From positions 7,713 to 71,712 of the forward strand of contig DASRJL010000211.1 of NCBI GenBank assembly GCA_035649495.1: a stretch of DNA of 64,000 bases, in the 5' to 3' direction. Of the stretch, positions 43,873-53,305 are shown in pieces (position 1 is the stretch's first letter; every line of letters begins with the position of its first letter). Source of the stretch: Burkholderiales bacterium (GTDB lineage Bacteria; Pseudomonadota; Gammaproteobacteria; Burkholderiales; SG8-41). The notes beneath the pieces were generated by a model. It searched no databases. It saw only the letters and a program-made list of their open reading frames with translations, and was not told the origin of the DNA. A program made the translations under genes and the position numbers.

Positions 43873-44877
43873 ATGCTGATAGGCTCCTATCAACTGAAGA
43901 ACAATCTGGTCGTGGCGCCCATGGCGGGCGTTACCGATCGGCCGTTCCGGCAGTTGTGCAAGAGCATGGGAGCCGGCATGGCGGTCTCCGAGATGGTGGC
44001 GAGCAACTCGCTCCTGCGGGGCGCTGAGAAGACGCGCCGCCGCGCCAATCACGAGGGCGAGGTGGAGCCCATCGCCGTGCAGATTGCCGGGGCCGACCCG
44101 CAGATGCTCGCGGAAGCGGCCCGCTACAACGTCGACGAGGGCGCGCAGATCATCGATATCAACATGGGCTGCCCGGCCAAGAAGGTCTGCAACGTGATGG
44201 CCGGTTCCGCCTTGTTGAAGGACGAGCCGCTGGTCAGGCGCATACTCGACGCAGTGGTCGGAGCGGTCGACGTTCCCGTGACGCTCAAGATCCGCACGGG
44301 CTGGGACCGCAACAACCGCAATGCGATCCACGTCGCCAGGATTGCCGAAGAGGCCGGCATACGCGCGCTCGCGATACACGGCCGCACCCGCGCCTGCGGC
44401 TTCTCCGGCGAGGCGGAGTACGAGACCATCGCGGCGGTCAAGCGCGAGACGGCGATACCGGTAATTGCCAACGGCGACATAGGCACGCCGGAAAAAGTAA
44501 GGCAGGTCCTTGATTACACGAAGGCGGATGCCGTGATGATCGGCCGGGCCGCCCAGGGCCGGCCCTGGATGTTCCGCGAGATCAGCCATTACCTGGAAAC
44601 CGGCGCGCACCTGCCGCCGCCGCCCGTCGCGGAAATCCACCGCGTGCTCGTCGCGCACCTGCACGAGCTCTACGAGTTCTACGGCGAATACACCGGGGTG
44701 CGTGTCGCGCGCAAGCACATCTCCTGGTACACCAAGGGTTTGGCCGGATCAGCGGCGTTCCGCCATGCAATGAATCAACTCGAGTCCAGCGCCGCGCAGC
44801 TTTTCGCGGTCGACGAGTTCTTCGGAGAGCTCGCCGGCAGGGGGCAACGCCTGATCTATGAGGTTGAGGCAGCATGA
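43873..44877 (+). CDS. dusB: tRNA-dihydrouridine synthase B
   Basis: MLIGSYQLKNNLVVAPMAGVTDRPFR, then a TIM-barrel Dus with DINMGCP. Stop overlaps the fis ATG (ATGA). Confidence 0.93.
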   Translation: MLIGSYQLKNNLVVAPMAGVTDRPFRQLCKSMGAGMAVSEMVASNSLLRGAEKTRRRANHEGEVEPIAVQIAGADPQMLAEAARYNVDEGAQIIDINMGCPAKKVCNVMAGSALLKDEPLVRRILDAVVGAVDVPVTLKIRTGWDRNNRNAIHVARIAEEAGIRALAIHGRTRACGFSGEAEYETIAAVKRETAIPVIANGDIGTPEKVRQVLDYTKADAVMIGRAAQGRPWMFREISHYLETGAHLPPPPVAEIHRVLVAHLHELYEFYGEYTGVRVARKHISWYTKGLAGSAAFRHAMNQLESSAAQLFAVDEFFGELAGRGQRLIYEVEAA

Positions 44878-45113
44878 ACAACGAGAACGACATGGCCCGG
44901 ATGGTGCGCCGGGCGGTCGAGGGCTATTTCCGGGACCTCGACGGGGAAAAGCCGTGCCACGTCTACAACATGGTGATCCACTGCGTGGAGAAGCCGCTGA
45001 TCGAATCGGTGCTGCATCGAGTCCGGGGCAATCAGAGCCATGCCGCGGCTATGCTGGGCATCAATCGCAATACGCTGCGCAAGAAGATGAGGGCGCACGG
45101 CATCAAGTTCTAG
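44874..45113 (+). CDS. fis: DNA-binding nucleoid protein Fis
   Basis: 79 aa with the C-terminal HTH GNQSHAAAMLGINRNTLRKKM. Follows the dusB-fis operon arrangement. Confidence 0.93.
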   Translation: MNNENDMARMVRRAVEGYFRDLDGEKPCHVYNMVIHCVEKPLIESVLHRVRGNQSHAAAMLGINRNTLRKKMRAHGIKF

Positions 45114-45176
45114 TGAATCGTGAATGGTGAATCGTGAATGGTTTGAACCATTCGCCATTTACCATTTACCATTCAC
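45113..45176 (+). repeat. heptanucleotide tandem-repeat hairpin (GTGAATS-type)
   Basis: GTGAATC GTGAATG GTGAATC GTGAATG, then loop TTTGAA, then CCATTCG CCATTTA CCATTTA CCATTCA. Fills the whole fis-purH spacer. Confidence 0.9.
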
Positions 45177-45180
45177 AGCC

Positions 45181-46752
45181 ATGGTCAAGCTCGCGCTCCT
45201 CAGCGTTTCCGACAAGACCGGCATCGTCGAATTCGCGCGCGGGCTCGCGGGCCTCGGGGTGAGGCTGATCTCCACCGGCGGCACCGCGGCGCTCCTGCGC
45301 GACGCCGGGCTCAAGGTGACCGAAGTCGCGGACCACACCGGTTTCCCGGAAATGCTGGACGGCAGGGTCAAGACCCTGCATCCGAAGGTACACGGGGGCT
45401 TACTCGCCCGGCGCGACGTTCCCTCCCACATGAGCGCCCTGGCGCAGGCGGGCATCGCGGGCATCGACCTCGTGGCCGTCAATCTCTATCCCTTCCGCGA
45501 GACCGTCGCCCGCCCCGATTGCACGCTGCCCGAGGCCGTCGAGAACATCGACATCGGCGGCCCGGCGATGGTCCGCAGCGCGGCCAAGAACTACGAGCAC
45601 GTCGCGGTCGTGACCGATCCCGCCGATTACGAGGGCATACTGCGCGAGCTGTCTTCCGCGGGCGGCAGCATGGCGGCCGCTACCCGTTTCCGGCTCGCCC
45701 AGAAGGCGTTTTCCCATACGGCCGCCTACGACGGCGCGATCAGCAATTTCCTGTCGGCGCTCGGCCCTTCCGGCGAGCGCGCCGCCTTTCCGCAGCGCCT
45801 GAATCTGCAGTTCGAGCTCGTCGAGCCTTTGCGCTACGGCGAGAACCCGCATCAGGCGGCCGCTTTCTACCGCGATCCGGAACCCGCGTCTGCGAGCCTC
45901 GCGCGCTACCGCCAGGTCCAGGGCAAGGAGCTTTCGTACAACAACATCGCCGACGCCGATGCGGCGTGGGAATGCGTGAAAGGTTTTTCCCGGGCCGCGT
46001 GCGTCATCGTCAAGCACGCCAATCCCTGCGGCGCCGCGGTGGGCGCGACGCCGGAGGAGGCCTACCGGAAGGCGTACGCCACCGATCCCACTTCCGCCTT
46101 CGGCGGCATCATCGCCTTCAACCGCGAGCTGGATACGCCGGCCGCTCAGGCCGTTACACAGCAATTCGTAGAGGTTGTAATCGCGCCCGGCGTTAACGCT
46201 GCAGCGGCCGATTTATTGGCGGGAAAGGCCAATGTCCGTGTGCTCATCGTACCCCTGGAAGCTTCGATCACGCATGCGGCTGCCGCGGCGTGGGATTTCA
46301 AGCGGGTCGGCGGGGGGCTGCTCGTTCAGACGCAGGACTCGATGAACCTGGAGGCCGACGGGCTCAAGGTCGTGACCCGGGCGCGGCCGGGCGAAGCGCG
46401 GATCGCCGATCTCGTCTTCGCCTGGCGCGTGGCGAAATTCGTCAAGTCGAACGCGATCGTGTTCTGCGGCGACGGGCGGACGCTGGGCGTGGGCGCGGGC
46501 CAGATGAGCCGCGTCGACTCTGCCCGCATCGCCTCCATCAAGGCGGCGAACGCGGGACTCTCGCTCGCGGGCTCGGTCGTCGCGTCGGACGCGTTCTTTC
46601 CGTTTCGCGACGGCGTCGACGTCGTTGCGGCCGCAGGCGCAACCGCCATCGTCCAGCCGGGCGGCAGCGTGCGCGACGCCGAGGTGATCGCGGCGGCCGA
46701 CGAGCATGGCATCGCGATGGTGTTCACGGGATATCGGCATTTCAGGCATTGA
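45181..46752 (+). CDS. purH: bifunctional AICAR transformylase / IMP cyclohydrolase
   Basis: [19 protein letters not shown]...STGGTA and a C-terminal FTGYRHFRH. Start trimmed from the track ORF's 45124. Confidence 0.95.
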   Translation: MVKLALLSVSDKTGIVEFARGLAGLGVRLISTGGTAALLRDAGLKVTEVADHTGFPEMLDGRVKTLHPKVHGGLLARRDVPSHMSALAQAGIAGIDLVAVNLYPFRETVARPDCTLPEAVENIDIGGPAMVRSAAKNYEHVAVVTDPADYEGILRELSSAGGSMAAATRFRLAQKAFSHTAAYDGAISNFLSALGPSGERAAFPQRLNLQFELVEPLRYGENPHQAAAFYRDPEPASASLARYRQVQGKELSYNNIADADAAWECVKGFSRAACVIVKHANPCGAAVGATPEEAYRKAYATDPTSAFGGIIAFNRELDTPAAQAVTQQFVEVVIAPGVNAAAADLLAGKANVRVLIVPLEASITHAAAAAWDFKRVGGGLLVQTQDSMNLEADGLKVVTRARPGEARIADLVFAWRVAKFVKSNAIVFCGDGRTLGVGAGQMSRVDSARIASIKAANAGLSLAGSVVASDAFFPFRDGVDVVAAAGATAIVQPGGSVRDAEVIAAADEHGIAMVFTGYRHFRH

Positions 46753-48035
46753 TGAAACTCCTCGTCATCGGCTCCGGCGCACGCGAGCATGCATTGGCAT
46801 GGAAGCTCGCTGGCTCCCCGCGCGTCTCGAAGGTGTTCGTCGCCCCCGGCAACGCGGGCACCGCGCGCGAGGAAGGGCTCGCCAACGTGGCGCTCACCGC
46901 GATCCCGGACTTGATCGAGTTCGCGCACCGGGAGGCGATAGCCGTGACGGTGGTGGGCCCGGAGGCGCCGCTCGCCGAGGGCGTAGTGGACGCTTTCCAG
47001 GCCGCCGGTCTCAGGATCTTCGGTCCGACCCGGGCCGCCGCGCGGCTCGAGAGCTCCAAGGATTTCGCCAAGGAGTTCATGGTCCGCCATGACATACCGA
47101 CGGCGCAGTACCGGACGTTTGCCGAAGCCATGCCTGCGCACGAGTACCTCGAGCACGTGGGCGCGCCCATCGTCGTCAAGGCCGATGGCCTCGCGGCGGG
47201 GAAAGGGGTCGTCGTCGCCGCCAGCCTGAAGGACGCACACGCCGCTGTTGACGCCATGCTCACCGGGAAGAGCATGGGTGACGCCGGCAGCCGGGTCGTG
47301 ATCGAGCAATTCCTCGACGGCGAGGAGGCGAGCTTCATCGTCATGTGCGACGGCCGGCACGCCCTCGCGCTCGCGAGCAGCCAGGACCACAAGCGCCTGC
47401 TCGATGGCGACGGCGGTCCCAATACCGGCGGGATGGGCGCCTACTCGCCGGCTCCGGTGGTTACGCCGGGTGTCCACGCGAGGGTGTTGCGGGAAGTGAT
47501 ACAGCCCGTGCTCGACGGGATGGAGAAGGACGGTACGCCGTACAGCGGGTTTCTCTATGCCGGCCTGATGATCTCGAAGGAGGGCGGAATCAAGGTGCTG
47601 GAATTCAACTGCCGCCTGGGAGACCCGGAAACGCAACCCATTATGCTGCGGTTGAAGAGCGATTTCGCCACGCTGATCGAGCAGGCGCTGGCCGGCGGCC
47701 TCGACCGCATCGAAGCCGACTGGGACACCCGGGTCGCCCTGGGGGTGGTCCTGGCTTCCGCCGGCTACCCGGATGCCCCGCGCAAGGGGGACGCCATCCA
47801 CGGCCTGCCGGCGCAGGAGCCGGATTGCCACGTTTTTCACGCCGCGACGGCCATCCGCGGGGAGGAAGTGGTTACTAACGGCGGGCGGGTGCTTACGGTC
47901 ACCACCCTGGGCCACAATGTGAAAACCGCGCAGCGCCGCGCGTATGATATTGTTGGGCGCATACGCTTCGAAGGTATGCAGTACCGGCGCGACATCGGGC
48001 ACCGCGCCGTGGCTACCACCGCCCGCCGTAAGTGA
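46752..48035 (+). CDS. purD: phosphoribosylamine--glycine ligase
   Basis: [19 protein letters not shown] with an ATP-grasp body. ATG overlaps the purH TGA by 1 nt. Confidence 0.95.
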   Translation: MKLLVIGSGAREHALAWKLAGSPRVSKVFVAPGNAGTAREEGLANVALTAIPDLIEFAHREAIAVTVVGPEAPLAEGVVDAFQAAGLRIFGPTRAAARLESSKDFAKEFMVRHDIPTAQYRTFAEAMPAHEYLEHVGAPIVVKADGLAAGKGVVVAASLKDAHAAVDAMLTGKSMGDAGSRVVIEQFLDGEEASFIVMCDGRHALALASSQDHKRLLDGDGGPNTGGMGAYSPAPVVTPGVHARVLREVIQPVLDGMEKDGTPYSGFLYAGLMISKEGGIKVLEFNCRLGDPETQPIMLRLKSDFATLIEQALAGGLDRIEADWDTRVALGVVLASAGYPDAPRKGDAIHGLPAQEPDCHVFHAATAIRGEEVVTNGGRVLTVTTLGHNVKTAQRRAYDIVGRIRFEGMQYRRDIGHRAVATTARRK

Positions 48036-48049
48036 GAGAGAGGTGTCAC

Positions 48050-48910
48050 ATGGACCAGGCAGTCTACGACCGCACCGCCGCCGATATCGACAACATCATC
48101 GGGCTGGAGCACGTCAACACCACCATCGACGACCAGCGCCTTGCAACGCTGTTCTACGTCGTCGGTCTGGGGTTCACCCGCGACCCGTACATGTCGGTAG
48201 GCGACGAGAACATGTGGATCAACCTCGGGCGCCAGCAGTTCCACCTGCCGACGCGCGGCAAGCCGCAAGTATTGCGTGGTCACACCGGCGTCGTCGTTCC
48301 CAGCCTGGATGAACTGAAGAAGCGCCTCGAGGGCGTCCGCCCGAAGCTCGCCGAGACACGGTTCTCGTTCACCGAGAAGAAAGACCACATCGCGACCACC
48401 TGCCCCTGGGGCAACGACATCCGCGCCTACGGGCCGCAGGAGCGGTTCGGCGACATGAAGCTCGGCATGCCGTACGTGGAGCTGAACGTGCCGAAGGGCG
48501 CCGCGGCCGGCATCGCGCGCTTCTACAAGCAGGGATTCGGCGTCAAGGCGAAGGTCGAGGACGGCGCCGCCGTCATTCCCTCGGGACGCAACCAGAAGAT
48601 GATCTTCCGTGAGACCGACGGGACTATCCCTCCATTCGACGGTCACCACATCGCGATCTACATCGGGGATTTCTCCGGGCCGCACAAGTTTTTGCTGAAG
48701 CACAACCTCGTCACCGAGGAAAGCAACCCCGACCAGTACCGGTTCAAGGACATCGTCGACCCGGACAACGGGGCGAAGCTCTTCGAGCTGGAGCACGAGG
48801 TGCGGAGCTTGAGACACCCCATGTACGGCCGTCCCTTCGTCAACCGCAACCCGGCGCAGATGCAGCGCACCTACGTTCGCGGCTACGACGCGTTCGTGGG
48901 CGACAAGTAG
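48050..48910 (+). CDS. uncharacterised two-module VOC (glyoxalase/dioxygenase-fold)-like protein
   Basis: 286 aa from ATG 48050, preceded by GAGAGAGAGG. Two segments resemble VOC beta-alpha-beta-beta-beta modules ([26 protein letters not shown]; [18 protein letters not shown]). Family call is by pattern only. Confidence 0.6.
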   Translation: MDQAVYDRTAADIDNIIGLEHVNTTIDDQRLATLFYVVGLGFTRDPYMSVGDENMWINLGRQQFHLPTRGKPQVLRGHTGVVVPSLDELKKRLEGVRPKLAETRFSFTEKKDHIATTCPWGNDIRAYGPQERFGDMKLGMPYVELNVPKGAAAGIARFYKQGFGVKAKVEDGAAVIPSGRNQKMIFRETDGTIPPFDGHHIAIYIGDFSGPHKFLLKHNLVTEESNPDQYRFKDIVDPDNGAKLFELEHEVRSLRHPMYGRPFVNRNPAQMQRTYVRGYDAFVGDK

Positions 48911-48942
48911 CAACGAGCATCGCGCGGGATACGCGCGATGCT

Positions 48943-49030
48943 AAATCCCAAGCACCAAACTTCAAATCCCAAACTGAATCGATCTTGGGATCTGGAGCTT
49001 GTTTGAGTTTTGGATTTTGTGATTTGGGTG
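48943..49030 (+). repeat. heptanucleotide tandem-repeat palindromic element (AAATCCC / TTTGGAT-type)
   Basis: Left arm is AAATCCC AAGCACC AAACTTC AAATCCC AAAC. Right arm is GTTTGAG TTTTGGA TTTTGTG ATTTGGG. Preceded by an 11-bp GC hairpin at 48916..48942. Confidence 0.8.
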
Positions 49031-49041
49031 ATTGACGGCCT

Positions 49042-49956
49042 ATGGATGTCGAGGCCGTCAGACGGTTCTTCCTTCAGCTGCAGGACACCATCGTCGCGCG
49101 CCTGTCGGAGATCGACGGCCATCCGTTTCTCCGCGACGAATGGACCCGTCCCGAGGGCGGCGGCGGTATCACCCGCCTGATGGAGAACGGCGGCCTCTTC
49201 GAGCGCGCCGGCGTCAATTTCTCCCACGTGCGCGGCGCGAGCCTGCCGCCCTCGGCGTCCGCGGTGCGGCCGGAACTCGCCGGCCGCTCGTTCGAGGCGC
49301 TGGGCATCTCGGTGGTGCTGCACCCGGAGAATCCGCACGTGCCGACCGTGCACCTCAATACCCGGTTCTTCCTCGCGGAGAAAAGCGGCGAGGCGCCGGT
49401 GTGGTGGTTCGGCGGCGGCATGGATCTCACCCCGTACTATCCACGTGCCGAGGACGCAATTCACTTTCACCGCACCTGCCGGTGGGCTCTCGCGCCGTTC
49501 GGCGGCCAGTACTACCCGCGCTACAAGAAGTGGTGCGACGAGTATTTTTTTCTGAAGCATCGCAACGAGCCGCGCGGCATAGGCGGCCTCTTCTTCGACG
49601 ACCTGAGCGAGCCTGATTTCGACCGCGCCTTCGCGCTGACGAAGAGCGTGGGCGAGCATTTCCTGCGCGCGTACCTGCCGATCGTCGAGCGCAGGCGCGA
49701 CGAGCCCTGGGGCGAGCGCGAGCGCGCGTTCCAGGCCTACCGGCGCGGTCGCTACGTGGAGTTCAACCTGGTCTACGACCGCGGCACGCTCTTCGGGCTG
49801 CAGTCCGGCGGGCGCACCGAGTCCATCCTCATGTCGCTCCCGCCGCGCGTCGAATGGCGCTACGACTGGCAGCCCGAGCCGGGGAGTCCGGAGGAAAAGC
49901 TCTACACCGAGTTTCTCGTGCCGCGGGAGTGGGCGGATTTGCAGAAGAAACGGTGA
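49042..49956 (+). CDS. hemF: oxygen-dependent coproporphyrinogen III oxidase
   Basis: 304 aa with [10 protein letters not shown] and the [19 protein letters not shown] motifs of HemF. Confidence 0.95.
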   Translation: MDVEAVRRFFLQLQDTIVARLSEIDGHPFLRDEWTRPEGGGGITRLMENGGLFERAGVNFSHVRGASLPPSASAVRPELAGRSFEALGISVVLHPENPHVPTVHLNTRFFLAEKSGEAPVWWFGGGMDLTPYYPRAEDAIHFHRTCRWALAPFGGQYYPRYKKWCDEYFFLKHRNEPRGIGGLFFDDLSEPDFDRAFALTKSVGEHFLRAYLPIVERRRDEPWGERERAFQAYRRGRYVEFNLVYDRGTLFGLQSGGRTESILMSLPPRVEWRYDWQPEPGSPEEKLYTEFLVPREWADLQKKR

Positions 49957-49983
49957 CCGGTGACCAGTGACCGGTGCTCAGTG
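49953..49983 (+). repeat. heptanucleotide tandem repeat (GTGACCR-type), left copy
   Basis: GTGACCG GTGACCA GTGACCG GTGCTCA GTG. The first unit contains the hemF stop codon. Confidence 0.85.
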
Positions 49984-50034
49984 CGCTGCGAGATCCAGCA
50001 TGCAAGGTGAAACTCCCCTAGGAAGGGATAAGCG

Positions 50035-51012
50035 GTGAACAAGAGACATCGGGCATCGCTCTTCGCGCTGGCGGTCCTAGCCTGCCACCTGCCTGTACCG
50101 GCCTGGGCGCAGGGCTACCCCGTGAAGCCCGTCCGCTACGTCATCCCCTTCCCCGCCGGAGGCTCGCCCGACCTCATTGCGCGCCTCATCACCGAGCGCT
50201 TCAGCCGGATGTGGGGCCAGCAGGTGCTCGTGGACAATCGACCGGGCGCAGGCGGGACGGTGGGCGCCGCGTTCGCGGCGAAGTCGCCGCCCGACGGGTA
50301 CACGCTGTTTCAATGCAACATCGCGTCCAGCGCGATCGCGGAGTCGCTCTACGCGAGGATGCCGTACGACCAGCAGCGCGACTTCGCGCCGCTCTCCCGC
50401 ATCGGCACGACCGCGAGCGTCCTGGTCGTGCACCCGTCGCTGCCGGCGCGCTCGGTGAAGGAGTTCATCGCCTACGCCAAGGCCCACCCGGGCAAGCTGT
50501 CCTACGGCACGTCGGCTGCCGGCACCTCGCCCCAGCTCTCGATGGAGTTGCTCAAGCTGAGCGCGAAGATCGACGTCGTGCACATCGCATACAAGGGCGC
50601 GCCGCAGGCGCTGTCCGATGTGATCGGGGGCCAGATTCCCGTCAGCGTGCAGACGGCGCCGGGGGCGCTGGCGGCGGTCCAGGCAGGGCGCGTGCGCGCG
50701 CTCGCGGTAACGAGCCTGAAACGCCTGCCGCAGCTGCCCGATGTTCCGACCATGGACGAGAGCGGGCTTCCCGGCTTCGAAGTGACCTCGTGGTACGGCT
50801 TGTGCGCGCCGGCCGGCACACCCGTGGCTATCCTCGACAAGGTTCACGCCGATCTTACCGCGGTCCTGCGCGTGCCCGAGATCCAGCAGCGCCTGAGGGA
50901 CATCGTGGTCGAAGCCGCGCCCATGAGCCGGGAAGAATTCGCGCAGTTCATCCGCGCTGAAATCGCGCGCTGGGCGCGGGTCATCAAGGCTGCCGGTATC
51001 CCGCAGCAGTAG
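50035..51012 (+). CDS. Bug-family (TctC-like) substrate-binding protein
   Basis: 325 aa with signal peptide and the YPVKPVRYVIPFPAGGSPD Bug signature. Confidence 0.88.
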   Translation: MNKRHRASLFALAVLACHLPVPAWAQGYPVKPVRYVIPFPAGGSPDLIARLITERFSRMWGQQVLVDNRPGAGGTVGAAFAAKSPPDGYTLFQCNIASSAIAESLYARMPYDQQRDFAPLSRIGTTASVLVVHPSLPARSVKEFIAYAKAHPGKLSYGTSAAGTSPQLSMELLKLSAKIDVVHIAYKGAPQALSDVIGGQIPVSVQTAPGALAAVQAGRVRALAVTSLKRLPQLPDVPTMDESGLPGFEVTSWYGLCAPAGTPVAILDKVHADLTAVLRVPEIQQRLRDIVVEAAPMSREEFAQFIRAEIARWARVIKAAGIPQQ

Positions 51013-51054
51013 CGTTTCGGGTTCGGGTCTGACCCCGACAGCCGGTTGATTCGG

Positions 51055-52020
51055 TTACTGGACGCGGAGCCCCGCCTTTTTGATCACCGCACCCAGGTGC
51101 TGGGTTTCCGACTTGATCGTCGCCGCGAACTCCTGGGGCTTTGTCCCGACGCTCTCGACACCGGCGTTGAAGAACCGCTGCTTGACCTCCGGGGTATTCA
51201 GCACCGCCACCGCTTCGCGGTTCAGGAGAGCGAGGATGGCGGGTGGCGTGCGGGCCGGCGCCCAGAAACCATAGATCGCTTCGGCGGCATAACCCGGCAC
51301 GCCGGATGCGGCGACGGTCGGCAACCCGGGCGCCAGGGGGGAGGGCTCGGCGCTCGTAACCGCGAGCCCCTTCAGCCTGCCCGACTTGACGTGCCCGGAC
51401 ACCGAACCGGTGGTCGCAAACATCACTTTCACCTGGCCGGCCAGGACGTCGTTCAGCGCCGGCCCCCCGCCTTTGTAGCCGATACGCACGAGCTTGACGC
51501 CGGCCAGCGCATTGAACAATTCAGCGGCGAGATGATTCGCCGCCCCGACCGGCCCGGAGGCATAGTTGATCTCCCCGGGCGCGGCCTTCGCGCGCTCGAT
51601 CAACTCCTTGACCGTATTGGCCTGCAGAGAGGGATGCACCACCAGGATGTTGGGGGAGCGCGACAGCAGCGAGATCGGCGCGAGCTCCTTTTCGTGCTCG
51701 TACGGCACCGGACCCAGGAGGGTCGACACCCATACCGTGTTGTTGTGGACCAGCAGGGTATAGCCGTCGGGCGTGCCCTTGGCGACCGTCTGCTCGGCGA
51801 TGCTGGTACCGCCGCGATTGTCCACCACCACCTGCTGCTTCAGCCGCTCGGTGAGCCCGTGCGCGAGCATGCGCGCGGTGAAATCGATGCCCCCGCCGAT
51901 GGCCGCGGTGACGAAGCGTATCGGACGGTTCGGGTAGTCCTGCCCGTCCGCCGCTACGGCGACAGCGCTCGCACCGGCGAGGAGCAGACAAACGATCGGT
52001 TTAAACCGGTCACTGGTCAC
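51055..52020 (-). CDS. Bug-family (TctC-like) substrate-binding protein
   Basis: 321 aa with signal peptide and a YPNRPIRFV motif. GTG start lies inside the heptamer array. Only distantly similar to its convergent neighbour. Confidence 0.85.
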   Translation of the reverse strand: MTSDRFKPIVCLLLAGASAVAVAADGQDYPNRPIRFVTAAIGGGIDFTARMLAHGLTERLKQQVVVDNRGGTSIAEQTVAKGTPDGYTLLVHNNTVWVSTLLGPVPYEHEKELAPISLLSRSPNILVVHPSLQANTVKELIERAKAAPGEINYASGPVGAANHLAAELFNALAGVKLVRIGYKGGGPALNDVLAGQVKVMFATTGSVSGHVKSGRLKGLAVTSAEPSPLAPGLPTVAASGVPGYAAEAIYGFWAPARTPPAILALLNREAVAVLNTPEVKQRFFNAGVESVGTKPQEFAATIKSETQHLGAVIKKAGLRVQ

Positions 52021-52034
52021 TGGTCACCGGTCAC
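52006..52034 (-). repeat. heptanucleotide tandem repeat (GTGACCR-type), right inverted copy
   Basis: The minus strand reads GTGACCG GTGACCA GTGACCA GTGACCG. The first 20 nt are identical to 49953..49972. Confidence 0.85.
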
Positions 52035-52148
52035 GCGCGGCCTCCGTAGAGACATCGCGAGTATTCCGATTCTTGACGTCGGCCGCGGCGCGCCGCCGGG
52101 GGTCAGATCCCCGCAAGCGGGGCCCCTCTTCCGCCCCTCGACGCACTA

Positions 52149-53225
52149 TCAGGCTGCGGCGAATGCCGTGTGGTGCGGCCCCTTCGATACCGGCGCGAGG
52201 CCGGTGAGCACTTCGCGCCACTCTTCGCCGCCGTCGTCGCTGCACCAGACTTCCCCGGTCGCGGTGGCCCCGAGGAGCGAGAACGACTCGCCCCAGTCTT
52301 CCAGGCACATCGCCTCGAAGGCTGTCCGGAGCGGCGCATCCGGAAATCCCTTGCGTACTACCTGCCACGTCCGCCCGCCGTCGTCGCTCCGGGAGATGCG
52401 GGAGCCGGCGTAATGCTCCTTGTACCAGGCCCCGGGCCGTTTCTTGGCAGAAGCCACGAACAGGAGCTCCGGCCGCCGCGGATGGTGCACGAGGAGATCC
52501 GGATAGCCGCCGATCTCGTGCTGCGGATCCGTCCACTGCTCCCACGTCTTTCCCCCATCGGCGGTCGCGTACATGCCGACCCCCGTCGTGACCAGCATCT
52601 CGTCGGGCTTCTGCGGGTTGATCACGGTGCGATGCACGTCATCGTCCGTTCCCGGGAGGAACTGGAACGTGCGCCCGGCATCGCGGCTCCTCAGCAGCCC
52701 GCCCTGCTCGACCCCGACGAACATCGTGTTCGGATCGTGCGGATGGAATTCGATGTGCTTGGTATGGGCGACGTGCGGCGGCCCCGGGAAATTCCACTTG
52801 GATGTATCACCCGAGCGCAACCCCGGCAGCTCCGTCCAGGTGCGTCCCAGGTCGTCGCTGCAGAAGAGATGCGCGGGCTCCGTGCCGGCGTAAAGGCGCG
52901 GGCCTGCCGCCAGCCGCGTGCACGCGAGGCTGTAGACATCCTGCTCGCTCAACCCTTGATCGCGCCGCTCCCACGTGCGGCCGCCGTCCACGCTGGCGTA
53001 GATCGAGCCGTGGTTCACCCCGGCGAAGACCGTGCCGCTTTCCGGTTCGATGAGGACGGCGTGGATGTGCTTGCCGGCCAGCGTCCGGTCCGCGATATGC
53101 CATCCCGCGCCGTCGGCATCGCGCTCCATGTTCACCACGCCGTTGATGGTGCCGACCAGTACCTGCCGGGAGCGTGCCGGTGAGCGGTAAATCGTGGGTC
53201 CGCCATGCGAAAGGGTTATCGCCAT
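52149..53225 (-). CDS. BNR/Asp-box repeat beta-propeller protein (sialidase-like fold), no signal peptide
   Basis: 358 aa from ATG 53225, with SD GAAAGAGGAGA upstream. Six Asp-box motifs: SVDGGRTW, SDDLGRTW, SRDAGRTF, TADGGKTW, SDDGGRTW, SDDGGEEW. The track ORF to 54674 is an out-of-frame read-through of the MFS gene. Confidence 0.8.
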   Translation of the reverse strand: MAITLSHGGPTIYRSPARSRQVLVGTINGVVNMERDADGAGWHIADRTLAGKHIHAVLIEPESGTVFAGVNHGSIYASVDGGRTWERRDQGLSEQDVYSLACTRLAAGPRLYAGTEPAHLFCSDDLGRTWTELPGLRSGDTSKWNFPGPPHVAHTKHIEFHPHDPNTMFVGVEQGGLLRSRDAGRTFQFLPGTDDDVHRTVINPQKPDEMLVTTGVGMYATADGGKTWEQWTDPQHEIGGYPDLLVHHPRRPELLFVASAKKRPGAWYKEHYAGSRISRSDDGGRTWQVVRKGFPDAPLRTAFEAMCLEDWGESFSLLGATATGEVWCSDDGGEEWREVLTGLAPVSKGPHHTAFAAA

Positions 53226-53305
53226 GTTGTCTCCTCTTTCAAGGCTGTCGGGTCGCGAAGACGCGGCCTTCGGGCGAGACACATTGCGCCGCACCGCCGC
53301 TCGCG

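Noticed and set aside
49953-52034. Inverted repeats as termini of a transposon or IS element
   Set aside because: The enclosed DNA encodes only two Bug-family binding proteins. There is no transposase, integrase or recombinase, and no target-site duplication is evident. The 'IRs' are simply copies of the heptamer array type seen elsewhere.
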